Shown here piece after piece: positions 47,484 through 61,567 of a stretch of 64,000 bases of DNA. The first letter of the stretch is position 1. The number at the start of each line of letters is the position of its first letter. The position numbers and the translations under genes were made by a program. The notes below the pieces were generated by a model. It did no database searches. It saw only the letters and a program-made list of their open reading frames with translations, and was not told the origin of the DNA. The DNA is from Psammoneis japonica (lineage: Eukaryota), in NCBI GenBank assembly GCA_008632985.1, contig QPGO01000134.1:1-64000 (forward strand), read 5' to 3'.

Positions 47484-49375
47484 ATGGTTCCATCGTTATT
47501 ATTACTCCTGTGTGTGCCATACGTCAATGCCTTTGTTCCATCAACGGCCATCTTTCGAAACACAGTGAAAAAAGTACCTCTTCCTCTACAAGTGTCGATA
47601 GAACAACACGACACCACATCACTGCAACAACAAGAACAACAACAACAACCGATTCGTCGTCATCGTCGCTCGAAAAAAGAACCACTCATTGCCATTATCG
47701 GTCGTCCCAATGTGGGAAAGAGTGCACTGGTGAATCGGATTGCAGGAACTCAATCGGGTGGTGCCATTGTGGCGGACGAATCCGGCATTACCCGAGATCG
47801 TACCTATCGCAAGGCGGAATTTCTCGGAGAACACTTTGAATTGGTCGATACCGGTGGACTCGTCTTTGATGATGATGAGGGGACGTTGTTTGCAAAAGAA
47901 ATTAGACAACAAGCCATGGTGGCAATTCAAGAAAGTGCGGCTGTGATCATGGTTGTCGACGGCCAAGTGGGTTTGACGAGTATGGATTTGGCGATTGCCG
48001 AATTTTTACGAAAAGAAGTACTCAAGGATATTCCGGTTCATGTGGCTGTCAACAAGTGTGAATCGGAAGCAACCGGCATGTTGGCGGCGGCCGATTTTTG
48101 GGAATTGGGTCTCGGGGAACCCGTGGCGGTGTCCGCTCTGCACGGAGTGGGGACGGCCGATTTGTTGGAACACATGTTTGAGTCGATTGCGTCAAAACAG
48201 TCCGCCGTGGAGGGTTTTGGAACCAAGGTGCAAGAGTTGGAGGCTGCGAGGAAAGCATATAAATCAGATGAGCCCCTTCCGGGTGAGGATGAAACCGATG
48301 TCTTGCTGAGAAAGTATGGTGTGGGCGATGCTGCGACAAAAGCGTTGGAGCGATATGAAGCAGCAATGGCGGCTTTTGATGAGCAAGAACAACTGGTATG
48401 TCAAAATCGATTCTTTATTTTGATGGTGTATATGACAGCTATGCTTATCTTATATTTTTTTTGTTTCTCAGGAGGAGATCAATATTGCCATTATTGGTCG
48501 TCCGAATGTCGGCAAGTCTAGCTTACTGAATGCACTCTTTGGCGACACGAGAGCCATTGTTTCCGACATGGCTGGCACAACACGGGATTCGATTGATGCC
48601 GTGATGGAACGTCCCAATCCGAATGGAAACGCCACGATTTATAAATTTGTCGATACGGCAGGTATTCGGCGCAAAAACAAGGTGGACTATGGACCCGAAT
48701 TCTTCATGGTAAATCGTGCTCTTCGAGCGATTCGTCGTGCGGATGTGGCGCTGTTGGTATTGGATGCCACCGCCGGAGTGACGGAGCAGGATCGAGTTTT
48801 GGCTCAAAAGATTGCCGACGATGGTCGGGCTTGTGTGGTGGTTTGCAACAAATGGGATGCTGTTGTGGATAAGGATTCCTCCACCTACGACAAGTCGGTC
48901 AAGTACATGCGAGAGGAACTACCCCAAGTTCGTGGGCACCCATTTTGTTCTTGTCGGCCGCCACGGGACAGCGTGTGGGAAAAATCTATGGTGCGGTCGA
49001 TGACGCGATTGAAGCGCATCGCAAGCGCATTTCACGGCCATTTTGAATGAAGTCTTGCGAGATGCCATTTTATGGCAACCACCACCGGCTCGACGCAACG
49101 GTGCACAAGCCAAGATTTACTACTGCAATCAAGTTGCCACGCGCCCACCCACCATGGTTGTCTTTTGCAACGATCCCAAACTGATCAATGACAATTATCG
49201 AAGGTACTTGGATCGAAAGTTTAGAGAGTCTCTAGATGGATTTGAAGCAACGCCGATTCGTTGGATCTTTCGTGGACGACGCGCGAGGGATATTTTGAAA
49301 TCAAGGCAAACCATGAATGGTGAACCCGGTGACGGTGGATCGGGTAAGAGTTATCCGTTTCCTCATGCCGGCTGA
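47484..49375 (+). CDS. der: Plastid ribosome-biogenesis GTPase Der/EngA (intron 48396-48471; two 1-nt frameshifts near 48935 and 49033)
   Basis: Two GRPNVGKS G1 motifs, GITRD/GTTRD, DTGG/DTAG, NKCE/NKWD, a KH-like C-terminus (Y.RYL...FRE....TPIR) and an NAFVP presequence. Confidence 0.95.
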
Positions 49376-49443
49376 GGCTTGTACAGTACAGTTCCATATT
49401 ATTCGGTATACATGGTTTTAGATTGTACCTATGTTTGTGACTA

Positions 49444-50105
49444 TTATTTGAGCTTATCGTTCATGATTCCCTTGATGATTTTGATGTCATGTTTTGTTCG
49501 AGCCACAAAGATTTCATGATTTGTAGCCAACTCGTCGTATTGTTTCTGCATTTGTTGAAACTGTGTTTTGAGGTCGTCTTCTGACTGAGCAATGCTTGCT
49601 TCCTGAGAACGAATTTCAGCTTCTATTTCTTCAACCGACATTTCCCAGAACTTTTTAAAGTTTCCCGTGTTTTTTGTCCTTGCATGCTTCAATGTTGCCA
49701 GGAGTACAAATCTTATGGACAAGTGTTTCGTTTGCAAAGGCCGACAATGCTTCATATGACTTATCGGTGCTATCATATCGTTTCAAAAAAATTCCACCAT
49801 GACTGGATCGCCGTAGAGAATCGTTGGCAGCCCGAGAATGTTGAGATCTTTACAAATGATTTTTCGGTCGTACAATCCACTTGAGCACCAATCCCTGCTC
49901 ATGTGTTGCCATTCGTTGCCAACTTGGTCCATGCAGGCGCTAGCTCCTTGCAATGATCACACCACGGCGCGAAAAACTTGAGCATGACAGTCTTGTCTCG
50001 AGTCGTGTCTTGAAAGTTGTCAGAGGTGAGAGATACAATCTCGTCGTCGTTGATGCTTGATGCAGTGGCGAGAAGCAACGTCAGAACAACAAGAGCATAA
50101 TACAT
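49444..50105 (-). CDS. Secreted thioredoxin/PDI-like protein with coiled-coil tail (frameshifted)
   Basis: Signal peptide and LTSDNF...LKFFAPWCDHCKELAPAW. The C-terminal part is in ORF 49444-49776. Confidence 0.75.
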
Positions 50106-50614
50106 TATTGTGCTGAAAAGAGCTTGTATTGTCATGTATGGTTATGCTCTCTGCTCAGGAGGTACGGTGGAGAAACAGGTACAGAATGATGATGAATGAA
50201 TGATGAACGGCTGTTTTCGTCATTGGCGATGTCGCTGGTCGGCGCTGCCGCCTGGTTGTCGCGCTCTGTCGGGTCGGTCGGTGAAGTTGAAGCGGTTGAA
50301 GGGCAGTCGTGGAGCGATTTTCAACACATATAATATGCAATATTCAATACTGAATACTCATTCCTTATGTACAATATATCATACAGACCCTTCAGTACTA
50401 TATCATAACGCAGGACACATTTTGCGGCACTGGAAATGATATGACTTTTTCTTCCGACAACCACTATTTAACGACACAAAAATTCGCTTAAGTAAAGTCA
50501 AACTTGGACAGTTCGGTTCCCATTGAATCACGCACTCCCGACAAACTATGTAGGGCCTACTGCTTCCGCTCACATTTTGCGGATGTACGCCCTACCTACT
50601 TGTTTGATTGCAAC

Positions 50615-51914
50615 ATGAAATTCTCCCTCGTTGTTTTCCTTGCCATCGTTTCTGCGTTTGTGCCGTGGAACACGCAAACTCAACGAAAATCTACCAGAGT
50701 TGTTTAGGTACAAAACCGAATAAACACTACCCATTGAAACAATGTCAAGCTGGTGCGTGAGCGCCAAGTCGACGTTGTTTTTACTTTTTGTTTTGTAGAA
50801 AATCTCACACTCGATTTTTTTTTCTTCGTGCTTCTAAAGATTGTGACGTTGATGAGCAGTGTGACGGCGAACTGATCTGCTTGAAACGGAGAGCAGACGA
50901 ACTTGTTCCAGGGTGTAAGAACAGCGACGAATTTATGGGCGCAGACTGTAAGTGTCAATAATTTCGAACGACAAGATATATAATTCATAATGAATGTTGC
51001 TCACACAAGTACTTCTTTCTTACTTCCTTTTAGTCTGTATCAAACCCCCAATTGGTGCTGGTCGTCCTCTCCAAAAGTGTGATGGCAAGGCTACTCACTT
51101 GTTCGGCCCATGCCAAGGTAAGTGACTCATCACGATACCGGGTGCTTTTACCCGACCTTTTGGTACATTCATTTTCGGCACTTCTCACGCTTTATCACTA
51201 TTGTTTGTGACAGGAAATTGCAAAAGCAACAACGATTGTATGCCTGGTCTCCAGTGTTTTCGTCGCAAGCCAACCAGAACCGACACGGTGCCGGGATGCA
51301 CAGGTAAGAATTCTTGGCGATCCTATGCATTTCCCATGTATTTTGTTATCAACAAGCAGCTCACGAGAATTTGATATGAAACTCCAACATTACAGGCATG
51401 GGCACGCCTGGTGGAAACTACTGTTGGGGGGATCTGCCGGCTGACCCTTTTCCATCTTGCCCCGTTGACCTTGGTGGTGATGCCCTGCCGGTAACTCCAA
51501 CCCGCCTCCAAAGAAATCCACACCCATCCTGACATCAGTGCCTCCACTGTTCGGATCAGTGCCTCCTGTGGAAGAATCAGTACCTCCTCGATTCGAACCA
51601 GTATGTGACACGTGTTGTCGAAAGCTCAAAAGGAGAATGAGCGGACCCATGCTTGAGGAAGTAAAGGAATTTTTGACCAGATGCGAACCTGTGAGGGGAA
51701 ACGTGCTTGCAATAACGCTTCGGTCAATCTAGATAATTGGCTCTATTGGTCAAGGCACACTCTCACACGAGCTCAGACGAGAGCAATCTTTGATTGTGTG
51801 GAGCTTGTAGGACCTACGCTCTCGGAAGCACCGACTCGCGAGACGAGAAGAAGGAAGGGCACGAAGAGGGATAGAAAGAAAGAAGGTAGGAGGCGAAGGG
51901 GGAGTCATTCTTAA
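50615..51914 (+). CDS. Frustulin-like secreted Cys-rich protein A (multi-exon)
   Basis: Signal peptide exon. Exons encode DCDVDEQCDGELIC...VPGC and FGPCQG|NCKSNNDC..GLQCF...VPGC...NYC. Exon boundaries are approximate. Confidence 0.65.
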
Positions 51915-52575
51915 GGATAAGGGGTAGCCGACATTCTGAAGCAATGATGTCATTGAGAAGTACAAAAAAGCGTTTACTCGTGTAGTCTAATTGACGAAGG
52001 ATTCAGTGATATCAAAAAGATTCTACGTTATTTCTGTTGCATTTGTCTGCTGGTGCTGTGCTCTGAATATGGTTGTTCTTGTCTGTCTTGCATCACGAAG
52101 AGAGAGTCGTGTGTTTCAAGAGGTTGATGGCAATGTAGGTCTTCGTTTCGTACGTAGAACTTAAAACAAGAACCTAACAGGAAGAGCCTTGCAAAGAACG
52201 AGAATGGAACAGGTCTACGGCAAAATTTGAATTTGGTCTTTGCCATCACATCGCGGTGTCAAAACGCCACATAATTATGATTCCCGCAGGTGACATTTTC
52301 TTCAGAGCAATGTTTATGCATACATTTATAGATACATTTGGAAAATGTCAAGGAAGCGTAAACGATTGGGCATATATAAAACAAGGCTAAAGAATTTTCC
52401 AATTATGTCTTGGAGCATTCTCACAATAAAATTCGTTTCCCCGACGATTTCAAAAGGCAACTGCGAGTGCAGTTCCGGTCTTTTAACACGCTATCCCGCC
52501 ACAACGATTTATTAACTGGCAAAGCCAATGGTCCTCTTTTCAAACAAACCAAGCCAGACTCGCTTTAAATCAAAA

Positions 52576-54911
52576 ATGTGGGCGCTTACACCTCGGCTGG
52601 CGGTGCTTGCCTTGCTTCTAGCTGGTGCCGCAAAGAAAGACTCTTTCGCTTACGGCCTCGAACTCTTCACCTATGTCAATCCCCAAATCTACTATCCTCT
52701 GGGGGCTCTGCGAAGGCGACTGCGATTTCGACGAAGATTGTATTGGTGGTCTCCGATGTTTTTCCCGGCGTGTAAATCAAACCGTATGTCAATTTGAAGT
52801 CAAATGCTGAGCTTGCATGTCAATATGAAAACTCTGACATTATATTGCCTGTGAATGTCTGTAGGTACCTGGCTGCACGGGAGTTGGTATCAGTGGTAGG
52901 GACTATTGTTACCAGCCAATTGTAAATAGAACGTCACTCTTCACGTTCGAAAAGGCCAGGATGAACTATCCTATGAACGTCTGTGAAGGAGGTACGTCTC
53001 AGATGGTCTCTCTCAGGAGGACAATCCCCTTCCACATGTTGAAGTGTGCGCAACTAACATTCTTTACTCCCGTGGAACATAGACTGTGACAGTGACGAAC
53101 ATTGCGAAGGGATGCTCAAGTGTTTTATTCGCCGAGGGCGGTTGGGAAGAACCGCGAGCGTTCCTGGGTGTTTGGGGGAAGGATTTTCAGGATTAGACTA
53201 CGTAAGTTCATCGTTGGACCATTGGCTAGTCGATATGTGGTTCATTGAAAACCAACTCACAATTTCGCGTTGTTAGTGCTATGACCCATCAGCAGGAGCA
53301 GGTTTAACAACTCCAATGCCAACTCCAGCTTTGGCAGGGGACAACACTCAATCACCCTCACAAGCTCCATCCTCCGCTCCGACAGACATGCCGACACCAT
53401 CTCCAAGTTCATCTGGGACGCCCCCAACGGATTACGTATTCACCTTTCCTCGATCAAAGGGCAACATCCCCATGGATCGTTGCAGAGGCGACTGCGATAC
53501 TGACGATGAGTGCAAAGGGGATTTGGTGTGCAGGCAACGGGACGTTGATGATTTCCCAATCTTTGGGTGTGAAGGTTTTCCGGATCCAGATGTAGGATGG
53601 GATTACTGTGGCGACCCGCCAGACGAGAGTTACCCTGCTCTTCAATGGTGTGGAGAGGAACCGAGTCAATTGCTCGGTCATTGTCAGGGAGACGTACGTT
53701 GAAACGCAAAGAAAAGGAGTCAATGAGTGAAATACAACGAAATTTCTAACGCTTGATTGTCGTTCCCTTCGCAGTGTGACACTAATAGTGACTGTCTGCC
53801 CGGCTTGGTCTGCCACAGACGCAGAGGAAGAAAGACGAGGCTTGTTCCTTACTGCAGGGATAGAGGAGTTCCTGGGGGTGATTATTGCACAGGTCCACCA
53901 TCCGTTGTAGTTCCTAGCTACGAAGCTTGTCCTGAAGGAACTTTGGCGCCGTCGATGAGTATCACACCTTCTCCAACATTCAGCTCGACTGTAGCCACCC
54001 CGAGTCCTTCGCAAGTCACTCCAAGCCCGACGTCAGCAACCGCTCCTCCCTCAAACGGTGACGGAATAGTCAGTCGTTGTGCAGCAACGTATGGAAGCAG
54101 TATCGAAGTCTGCGAGGAAAATGAAGCATCATGTACCTTTTATACCCGGTTGGGTGGAGCCAGCTGTAGTGAGTACTGCGGCCAGCAAGGCGAGACCTGC
54201 GTCTGGGCTGCCTCCGACATCGGGAACTCCTGCAACGCAAGAGGGAGAGTTTCGTGCAACAATGGTTTCGACGACACGATTTGTACGTGTACACTCCCCT
54301 ATGTCAAACCAAGGACTCCTTGCGAAGAAACATACGGCGATGACGTCGAGATTTGCGAGGAGAGACCATCGAGCTGCACATTTTTTGCAAAATTAGGAGG
54401 ACTCAGTTGCAACGATTTCTGCGAAAAGCAAGGAGAGACCTGCCTCTCTGCGTCATCCGACAAGGGTGACTCGTGTGAAACCTTAGGTCCGAATTCTTGC
54501 GCTGCCAGATTCGATGACAACATATGCACATGCTCCATTAGCGGCGTAATGCCCGCTCCCACCGTAGCTCCTACACCACAAGTTTCACAAAGCGACCCAG
54601 CAACTCAAAGCCCTACTTCACCGCCCACCGATCTTGACAAAGATGAAACTCCCTGCACTAAAAAATACGGCAAAGAGATTCAGGTGTGTAACGAACGAAA
54701 AAGAAAATGCACCTTTTTCACACAGTTGGGATTCCGAAGTTGCGACGACTTCTGCGGGAGCCGCGGTGGATGGTGTCTGTGGGCTGCCAAAGATATTAAA
54801 AACACGTGCACTTTCAGACGCCGGGTCCCTTGTAACAAGAATTTCAGAAATATCATTTGTACGTGCTCCTTGGAACCACCAAGACGCACAAGGAAACCAT
54901 ACCGTCGTTAA
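52576..54911 (+). CDS. Frustulin-like secreted protein B (acidic Cys-rich domains, Pro/Ser/Thr linkers, three C-terminal 10-Cys repeats)
   Basis: CEGDCD / CRGDCD / CQGD|CD motifs match the C-E/Q-G-D-C-D consensus of frustulin acr domains. Several GT-AG introns are present. Confidence 0.8.
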
Positions 54912-55876
54912 CAAGGGTGATAGAGGGCGGATTGCGAAACGGAAAAGCGAGGAACGCGTAGAAAGAAGCTGGTGAAAGCACTTCTTCCGAGCTATTATTT
55001 AACACCTCACGCAATCGAAGTATGCACTCTAGTAGAGGAATGGGGGAAACACAGCGGGGATACCGTGGAACGAAAAGAATCACGAGACAGAAAACAGTTG
55101 TTGAGAGGTTTGGAATTTGCATTTCCCGCTCAACGCACTGCATAATACCATATCTACATTTTACATAGGAATTGAGTCAGTCTACCGAATATTGACAGAC
55201 TTGGATATTGTAACTGACAGGAAAATGATCGCTCGGTAGTCTCAGACTGGTTCTTGCCTAGTTGAGGGGTGTGGGTCCATCGACACGCAGATATGAGGCC
55301 CAACCAGCAACCTCGGGGTTACATGATATTCCTTATCGATAAGATCCCAAGGAGTTGTCATGGTTGTTGTCGCTTGCGTCGGACAATACTCAGAGCGAGC
55401 AGACCGAGCGAGCTCAGATCAGAGTCAGAGCAAGCTAAGCGACGGTCGACGGTAGTAACAGTCGGTAATTGAATAATCCGACTAAACGACAAGGACTAAG
55501 CAAGATGCGCAATTTGTCGATAGACATCAAAAAACTATTCTTAATGTCCAAAACGTGCAACTCTTATTTGAACACATGCAAACAAAATTGTCTACCAACA
55601 TTTTATATAGGAGAATGAATAAAGAATTACGTTTACGGTGACACCATCGGACAAAATTACTATCGCAATCGCACCCGGTTTCTTATCTCACTTTCTTCTC
55701 TCCCCGACTCTTCTTTCCTCCATTTTTCCCTCCGATTTCCTCCTCCAGAAGAAAAACCTTCAAGCTGATACCTTGTACGGTGCAATTCCAATGTTCGAAG
55801 AGCAATTGGAAAGGATTCACTGTAGCTTTTTGCATCAACTTGCGAACCATCGGCAAGACTTCTTTTTAATTTCAGC

Positions 55877-58800
55877 ATGATGTGGGGGCGTCATCATCGG
55901 CTTGTCGTGTTTGCTCTGCTATTAGTGAGTGCCTTGAAAAACCACTCTTCCGCTCAGGGTGCTGAACTTTTTGACTACATCAGTCCAAAAACCTTCTATC
56001 CTCTTGGACTATGTGAAGGTGAGTTTACGCGTACGTTTGTGCACGTCCGCTTTCATGTCTTCTTACAGTACGGCTTTTCTTTGTTTTTTCTTAGGTGATT
56101 GTGACCAAGACAGAGACTGCATTGGTAACTTGCGGTGCTTTTCTCGCTCTCAGCGAGTTAATCAAATTGTTCCAGGCTGTAGCGGAATCGGTGTCAAGGG
56201 CCATGATTATTGCTATCAGCCTAGACCTAGAACGGTTCTATTCAACTTCGAACAGCCGCGGCAGAATTATCCAATGGGAGAGTGTGAAGGAGGTACGTCG
56301 CTGATGGATTCCTTTCATGAAGCCAATTATGTCGAATCCTTTTCAACTGACTTAGCTAACATTTCATGGTTCGTCTGTGTCTTAAGACTGCGACAGTGAC
56401 AACCAATGCTACGGCACGCTCAAGTGCTTGATTCGCCGAGGGCCACAGAGAAACGACAGCGTTCCAGGCTGCTTTGGAGAAGGCGTTACAGCAAATGATT
56501 ACGTGAGTAATATGTTGGTACAGCGTGTGTCGTCTATATCAAACGCTAACAGTCTAGCTTGCCCTTTAGTGCTACGACCCCTCTGCGGTCATGAAAGACA
56601 ATCCTCAACCTCCCACACCATCTCCAACTTCAGCTGGAATGCCTCCAACCGATTACGTATTCACCTTCCCACGATCGAAGGGCAACACGCCCATGGATCG
56701 GTGCAGAGGTGACTGCGATACTGACGACGAGTGCAAAGGTAATCTGGTGTGCCGTCAGCGCGACATTGGTGATCCGGTGTTCGGATGTAAAGGCAGTCCG
56801 GATCCGGATATAGGTTGGGATTACTGCGGGGACCCACCAGATAAGAGTTTCCCGGCGCTCCAATGGTGTGGAGAGGAACCCAAGCAATTGCTAGGTCATT
56901 GTCAGGGAGATGTACGTTGGCTATGATGATGCGAATCAATGTACGCATTGCTCTGTCGAAACAATTCTCACGCTTGATTATCGTTACTGTGCAGTGTGAC
57001 AATGATAATGACTGTTTGCCCGGCTTGGTCTGTCACCAACGCATCGGTGGAAAACAAAGATTGGTTCCTTTCTGTAGGGGTAGAGGTAAGCCCGGAGGTG
57101 ATTATTGCACGGGGCCGCCAACCGTTGTGGTTCCCAGCTTTAAAGCTTGTCCGAAGGGACCTTTGTCACCTTCAGCTGCAATCCCTAATGTCATGGGGGA
57201 CAAAACGAAAACACCAAGACAATCTCCGACCCAAGCTTCTACCAATATGCCGACGCCATCTCCAGGCTCGGGTGGGAAGCCTCCGACAGACTCCATTTTC
57301 ACATTCCCACGAACAAAGGGCAACACACCCATGGATAGATGCAGAGGAGACTGCGATAGCGACGCAGATTGCAAAGGAAAATTGGTGTGCCGTCAGCGCG
57401 ACGTTGGTGATTCCCCCATTTTTGGGTGCGAAGGCTTTCCTGATCCGGATATTGGATGGGATTACTGTGGGGACCCGCCAGATAAGAGTTTCCCTGCTCT
57501 CCAATGGTGTGGAGAAGAGCCTAAACAATTGCTTGGTTATTGTCAGGGAGATGTACGTTGAATACGATGGTGCGAATCAATGCACGCAATGCTTTCGAAA
57601 CAATCCTCACGCTTGATTATCGTTACTGTGCAGTGTGACAATGATAATGACTGTTTACCCGGCTTGGTCTGCCACAGACGCAGAGGAAGGAAGACGAGGC
57701 TCGTTCCTTTCTGTAGGGGCAGAGGAGTTCCCGGAGGTGATTATTGTACCGGTCCACCAACCGTTGTAGTTCCAAGCTTTAAAGCTTGTCCAGAGGGAAC
57801 TTTGGCACCGAAGATCCCTGACCAAAGTGTCACACCGGCTCCAACTTCCAGCCCGACTGTCGCCACCCCGAGCCCATCGCAAGCTACTCCAAGTCCGACC
57901 ATCGCTCCCACCCCTAACCCCACCCCTTACCCCACCCCTAGCCCCACTCCTAGTCCCACTCCTAGCCCCACCCGCAGTCCCACCCCTAGCCCCTCGCAAA
58001 GCACTCCAAGTCCGACCATTGCTCCCACCCAAAGTCCGACAGCAGCAACAGCGCCTCCCACTAATATATACGGAATGATCAGTCGCTGTGTCTCAAGATA
58101 CGGTCACGGTATCCAAGTATGCGAGGAAGGCGACGCACAATGTACCTTCTACACCAATTTAGGTGGAACCAGCTGTACTGAGTTTTGTGGGGCAAGAGGC
58201 GAAACTTGTCTTAGGGCAGCTGCGGATGTCGCCAACACGTGTCGTGAGGGACAAAGCGTCTCGTGTGACAGTGGATTCCTCGATACAATCTGTACCTGCA
58301 CATTGCCAACGCCATGCGAAGCAAAATATGGTAGCGGCGTTCAGATCTGTGAAGAGAATCCATGGTCTTGTACATTCTTTACCGAACTGGGAAGATCAAG
58401 TTGCGCTGACTACTGCGAAAGACAAGGGGGGACATGCCTTTCCGCCTCGTCAAACAAGGGTGATTCATGCGAAAGCTTAGGTGCGAATTCCTGCAGTGGC
58501 ATTTTCAATGATAACATCTGCACTTGCTCCCTTCGAGACCCGACACCCGGTCCTACATCATATCCCACTGCGGGCCCTACTTCAAGTCCTACCGCTAGCC
58601 CTACTATAGAAACACCAAGTCCCACGGCTGATCCTACAACTCAGCCAACTCGCAGTCCCTCGGTGAATCCTTTACTACGCGCCTCACCCAGTCCCACTTC
58701 AGGTTCTACACCAAAAGAATCATCAAGTGACATACTCGATATGAAATCCGATACAACTCAAGAACCTACTTTCCCGCCCATGGCGCTTGACACAGCAGAA

Positions 58801-59088
58801 TCTCCGTGCAAAACAAAGTATGGCGCAGACATACATGTTTGTCAAGAGAAAAAGGCAAAGTGTTCGTTTCTTACAGAGTTGGGATTCCGAAGTTGCGCCG
58901 ACTACTGCGGAAAACGAGGTGGAAGTTGTTTGTGGGCTGCCAAAGATATCAACAGCTCATGCACCTTCAGAAGACGGGCTTCCTGTAACAGGGCATTCAG
59001 AAAAAGTATCTGTACGTGCACCTTGGAACGACCTTCGCGTAGGCCAGCACCTGGCGACCCTCGAAAACCAAAGTTCCAAAACTGGTGA
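55877..59088 (+). CDS. Frustulin-like secreted protein C, paralogue of B with an internally duplicated module
   Basis: Same domain order as B. The module at ~56650-57160 is repeated at ~57290-57800 including its intron. Contains (PTPS)n linkers. Confidence 0.8.
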
Positions 59089-59766
59089 GAACATTGTCTT
59101 CAAGTTGCTACGGGCATTTCAGAAACGGAGTCGCGAGAAAATATGGCAGCATCTATACTAGTAGATGCATCACGGAAAGCTGGTGAAAAGTCACTCATCC
59201 TTATTGCACTACAATGCGACCATGCACAAGAACGAGCAGCACAATTATTCATGAAATTCAAATGGGGGAAGGCCACAGAAGGCTTCGAAGGCGGGGATCG
59301 TGGAAGCGCGGGACGCGAGAAAGAAAGTGGCAGAGGTGGTGAAACCATATTATATCTTCCTTTGCGAAGCTGCATTTTGCTACTCCGCGCATTGCATATT
59401 ACATTTTAATTCACATAAAACAAACGTAACTGACATTTCATCCGTATCAAGTAGAAAACCACTCTTATCTTGAATTTGAAATTTGAGAATGATCGCACCT
59501 GGCATTGGTTGCTCGCGGAAGTGTGCGCGCAAATCCGGGTTTCGATCGAAATGTCGGCTTTTTTGTGCTTCTGCATGCATGCTGTTGTTTCCTTCGCAGT
59601 TCCAAGTTGACGTTTGCGGGTTGTGGAGACGACTGATGAAGACTCTGATCAAGCAAGGCAGAGGATATAAAATCAACAACAATAGGCAGAGAAAAGAGCG
59701 ATAAATTTGTAAAGTCAAGAAGCAATCAGAGAAGCACTCACGCTGAAGCAACAACATCAAAAGAAC

Positions 59767-60714
59767 ATGGAACAAATTCTTGCTGTTCTAAGCACGGTTG
59801 CTTACTACGCATTTCGATTCTTCTGTTTCTACGCATCACTCGTTTTTGTCATTCCATTGGCATCCGTCTATCAGGAACATTTGATTTGGTCACGATCAGA
59901 TGCGGTTCCGTCTCTGTCGCTTATGGGCATGTGAAGGTATATTTGCTCAATGTAGCATGGATGTCATCAACTCTGCTCGGATCGCTTTTGTTGTTCCCAA
60001 AGTGGGTCTAGGTTTTGATGTAGAAAGCGATGCCCACGAGTTGATCGAACGCACTTCTGCCAAGCTTACTCTGTCGTGTTTTGTGGGTCCAGTAGAAGTC
60101 CGTGGTGCACAACATTTGCCACCGACACAATACCCGCTGGTCAAGTCGCACCAGTGTACATTGCCAATCATTCCTCACAGCTGGATGCTGCCGCGGTGTA
60201 TTACTTGCACCGTAACTTCAAATGGATTGCGAAAAAGAGCATTCTTTACTTGCCGGGGGTTGGTCCTATCATGTACATGGCAAAGCACGTGTTTATCAAT
60301 CGCAAGAGTGGCAAAAACAAAAAGTCTGTAAGCAACCTCTACGAGAAATCAAACGAAGCGGTCCAATCCGGCACGCCCATGTTTATCTTTCCTCAAGGCA
60401 CAAGGCGTATAACAGAAAGGCTCGAGTTTAAGAATGGAGCATTCAACATTGCGCTGGAAAACAAATGCCCCATTGTGTGTGTATCGGTAGAGATTCCGCA
60501 TTCGGCATGGAACGATTGGTACCCCATCAACAAGTTGTGGGGCGGAGTCACCGAACCAATCGTCCTTACTGTTCATGAACCAATCCAAGTGAAGGGAACA
60601 GAAGACAAGGAAGCCTTAAAGAAGCAATGTTTCGATTTGATCTACAGTGTGCTGCCGGAAATTGGCGATAAAACACCGAAAGCAGCAACGAGAGAAACAA
60701 AAAAGCAAAAGTAA
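59767..60714 (+). CDS. 1-acyl-sn-glycerol-3-phosphate acyltransferase (PlsC/LPAT family), frameshifted in the 5' part
   Basis: VYIANHSSQLD (HX4D), KWIAKKS, VFINR, IFPQGTR, FKNGAF. Confidence 0.9.
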
Positions 60715-60973
60715 TGATTGCAAGGCGCATACAGTGCAAAAAGTCATGCAGTTAAATTTAAAACTAAGCCAGGTTTGTCCCTAACCGGTCGTGTTGTCCT
60801 TGTACGTTTCAAGCTATGCAATCTTCCCACCGTCGACGAAGCAAAATGAGAATCACGAAGTGATACAGCATTAGCAGTTAGCAGATTTTACTTTTATAGA
60901 ATTACATGTATTCGCAATATGCATAGCAAACTTCTTCAAAATGTTTATGGGAAGCAGTCCAACCAGCTTTCCA

Positions 60974-61567
60974 TCATATATCATTGTCGAACGTCACTGC
61001 GTTAATCATTACTTCATGGCACAAACCCTTTTTAATATACAATAGCTCCTGAAGGACGCAGCGATTTCTTGCTATTAACCCAGTAAACAGATCAGTCAGC
61101 TCCCCCCCGAAATAACTGTTGCGATTTAGCTCAGTGGCGTTATTGAGCTGGTAGTAGAGAAGAAGACGTTGACACGGGCGCTGCCTGTGGTCTAATTGTA
61201 GCTCTGTTGGGACGTGCACCACCTCCACACGACGGTGGTGAATTTTCATCTCGATGGTCGTCCTCAGTTCCCTCTGGCGCAACAATATCTTCCTTGAATT
61301 TCGAATAGAGTCTCCTAAAATGAGTCCCACTCCCACACCAAGTCCAAAGATAGTCACAGCGGCATTCATAACGAGAAAGGGTGAATTCTTGAGTAAACGA
61401 ATAAAACTGACGAGCGGATTCTCCGGTATTTCTTGACTGCCTGAGGATGGTACTGGTCGGTATTGTTCACTTTGGTTATTCTCAGAGTTTCTCGGACGGG
61501 TACTCTCGTTCTCGCTATCGTCGCTGCTAGCCAGTTCGTCGCCAAGTTGACGGTGATTCTCGCTCAT
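60974..61567 (-). CDS. Hypothetical protein with one hydrophobic helix
   Basis: ~197-aa ORF with FLVMNAAVTIFGLGVGVGLIL and no family recognised. Confidence 0.5.
   Translation of the reverse strand: MSENHRQLGDELASSDDSENESTRPRNSENNQSEQYRPVPSSGSQEIPENPLVSFIRLLKNSPFLVMNAAVTIFGLGVGVGLILGDSIRNSRKILLRQRELRTTIEMKIHHRRVEVVHVPTELQLDHRQRPCQRLLLYYQLNNATELNRNSYFGGELTDLFTGLIARNRCVLQELLYIKKGLCHEVMINAVTFDNDI

Noticed and set aside
47484..49375. Programmed frameshifting or pseudogenisation of Der and other conserved genes
   Set aside because: The indels are scattered single bases in short runs across unrelated genes, which fits sequencing error better.
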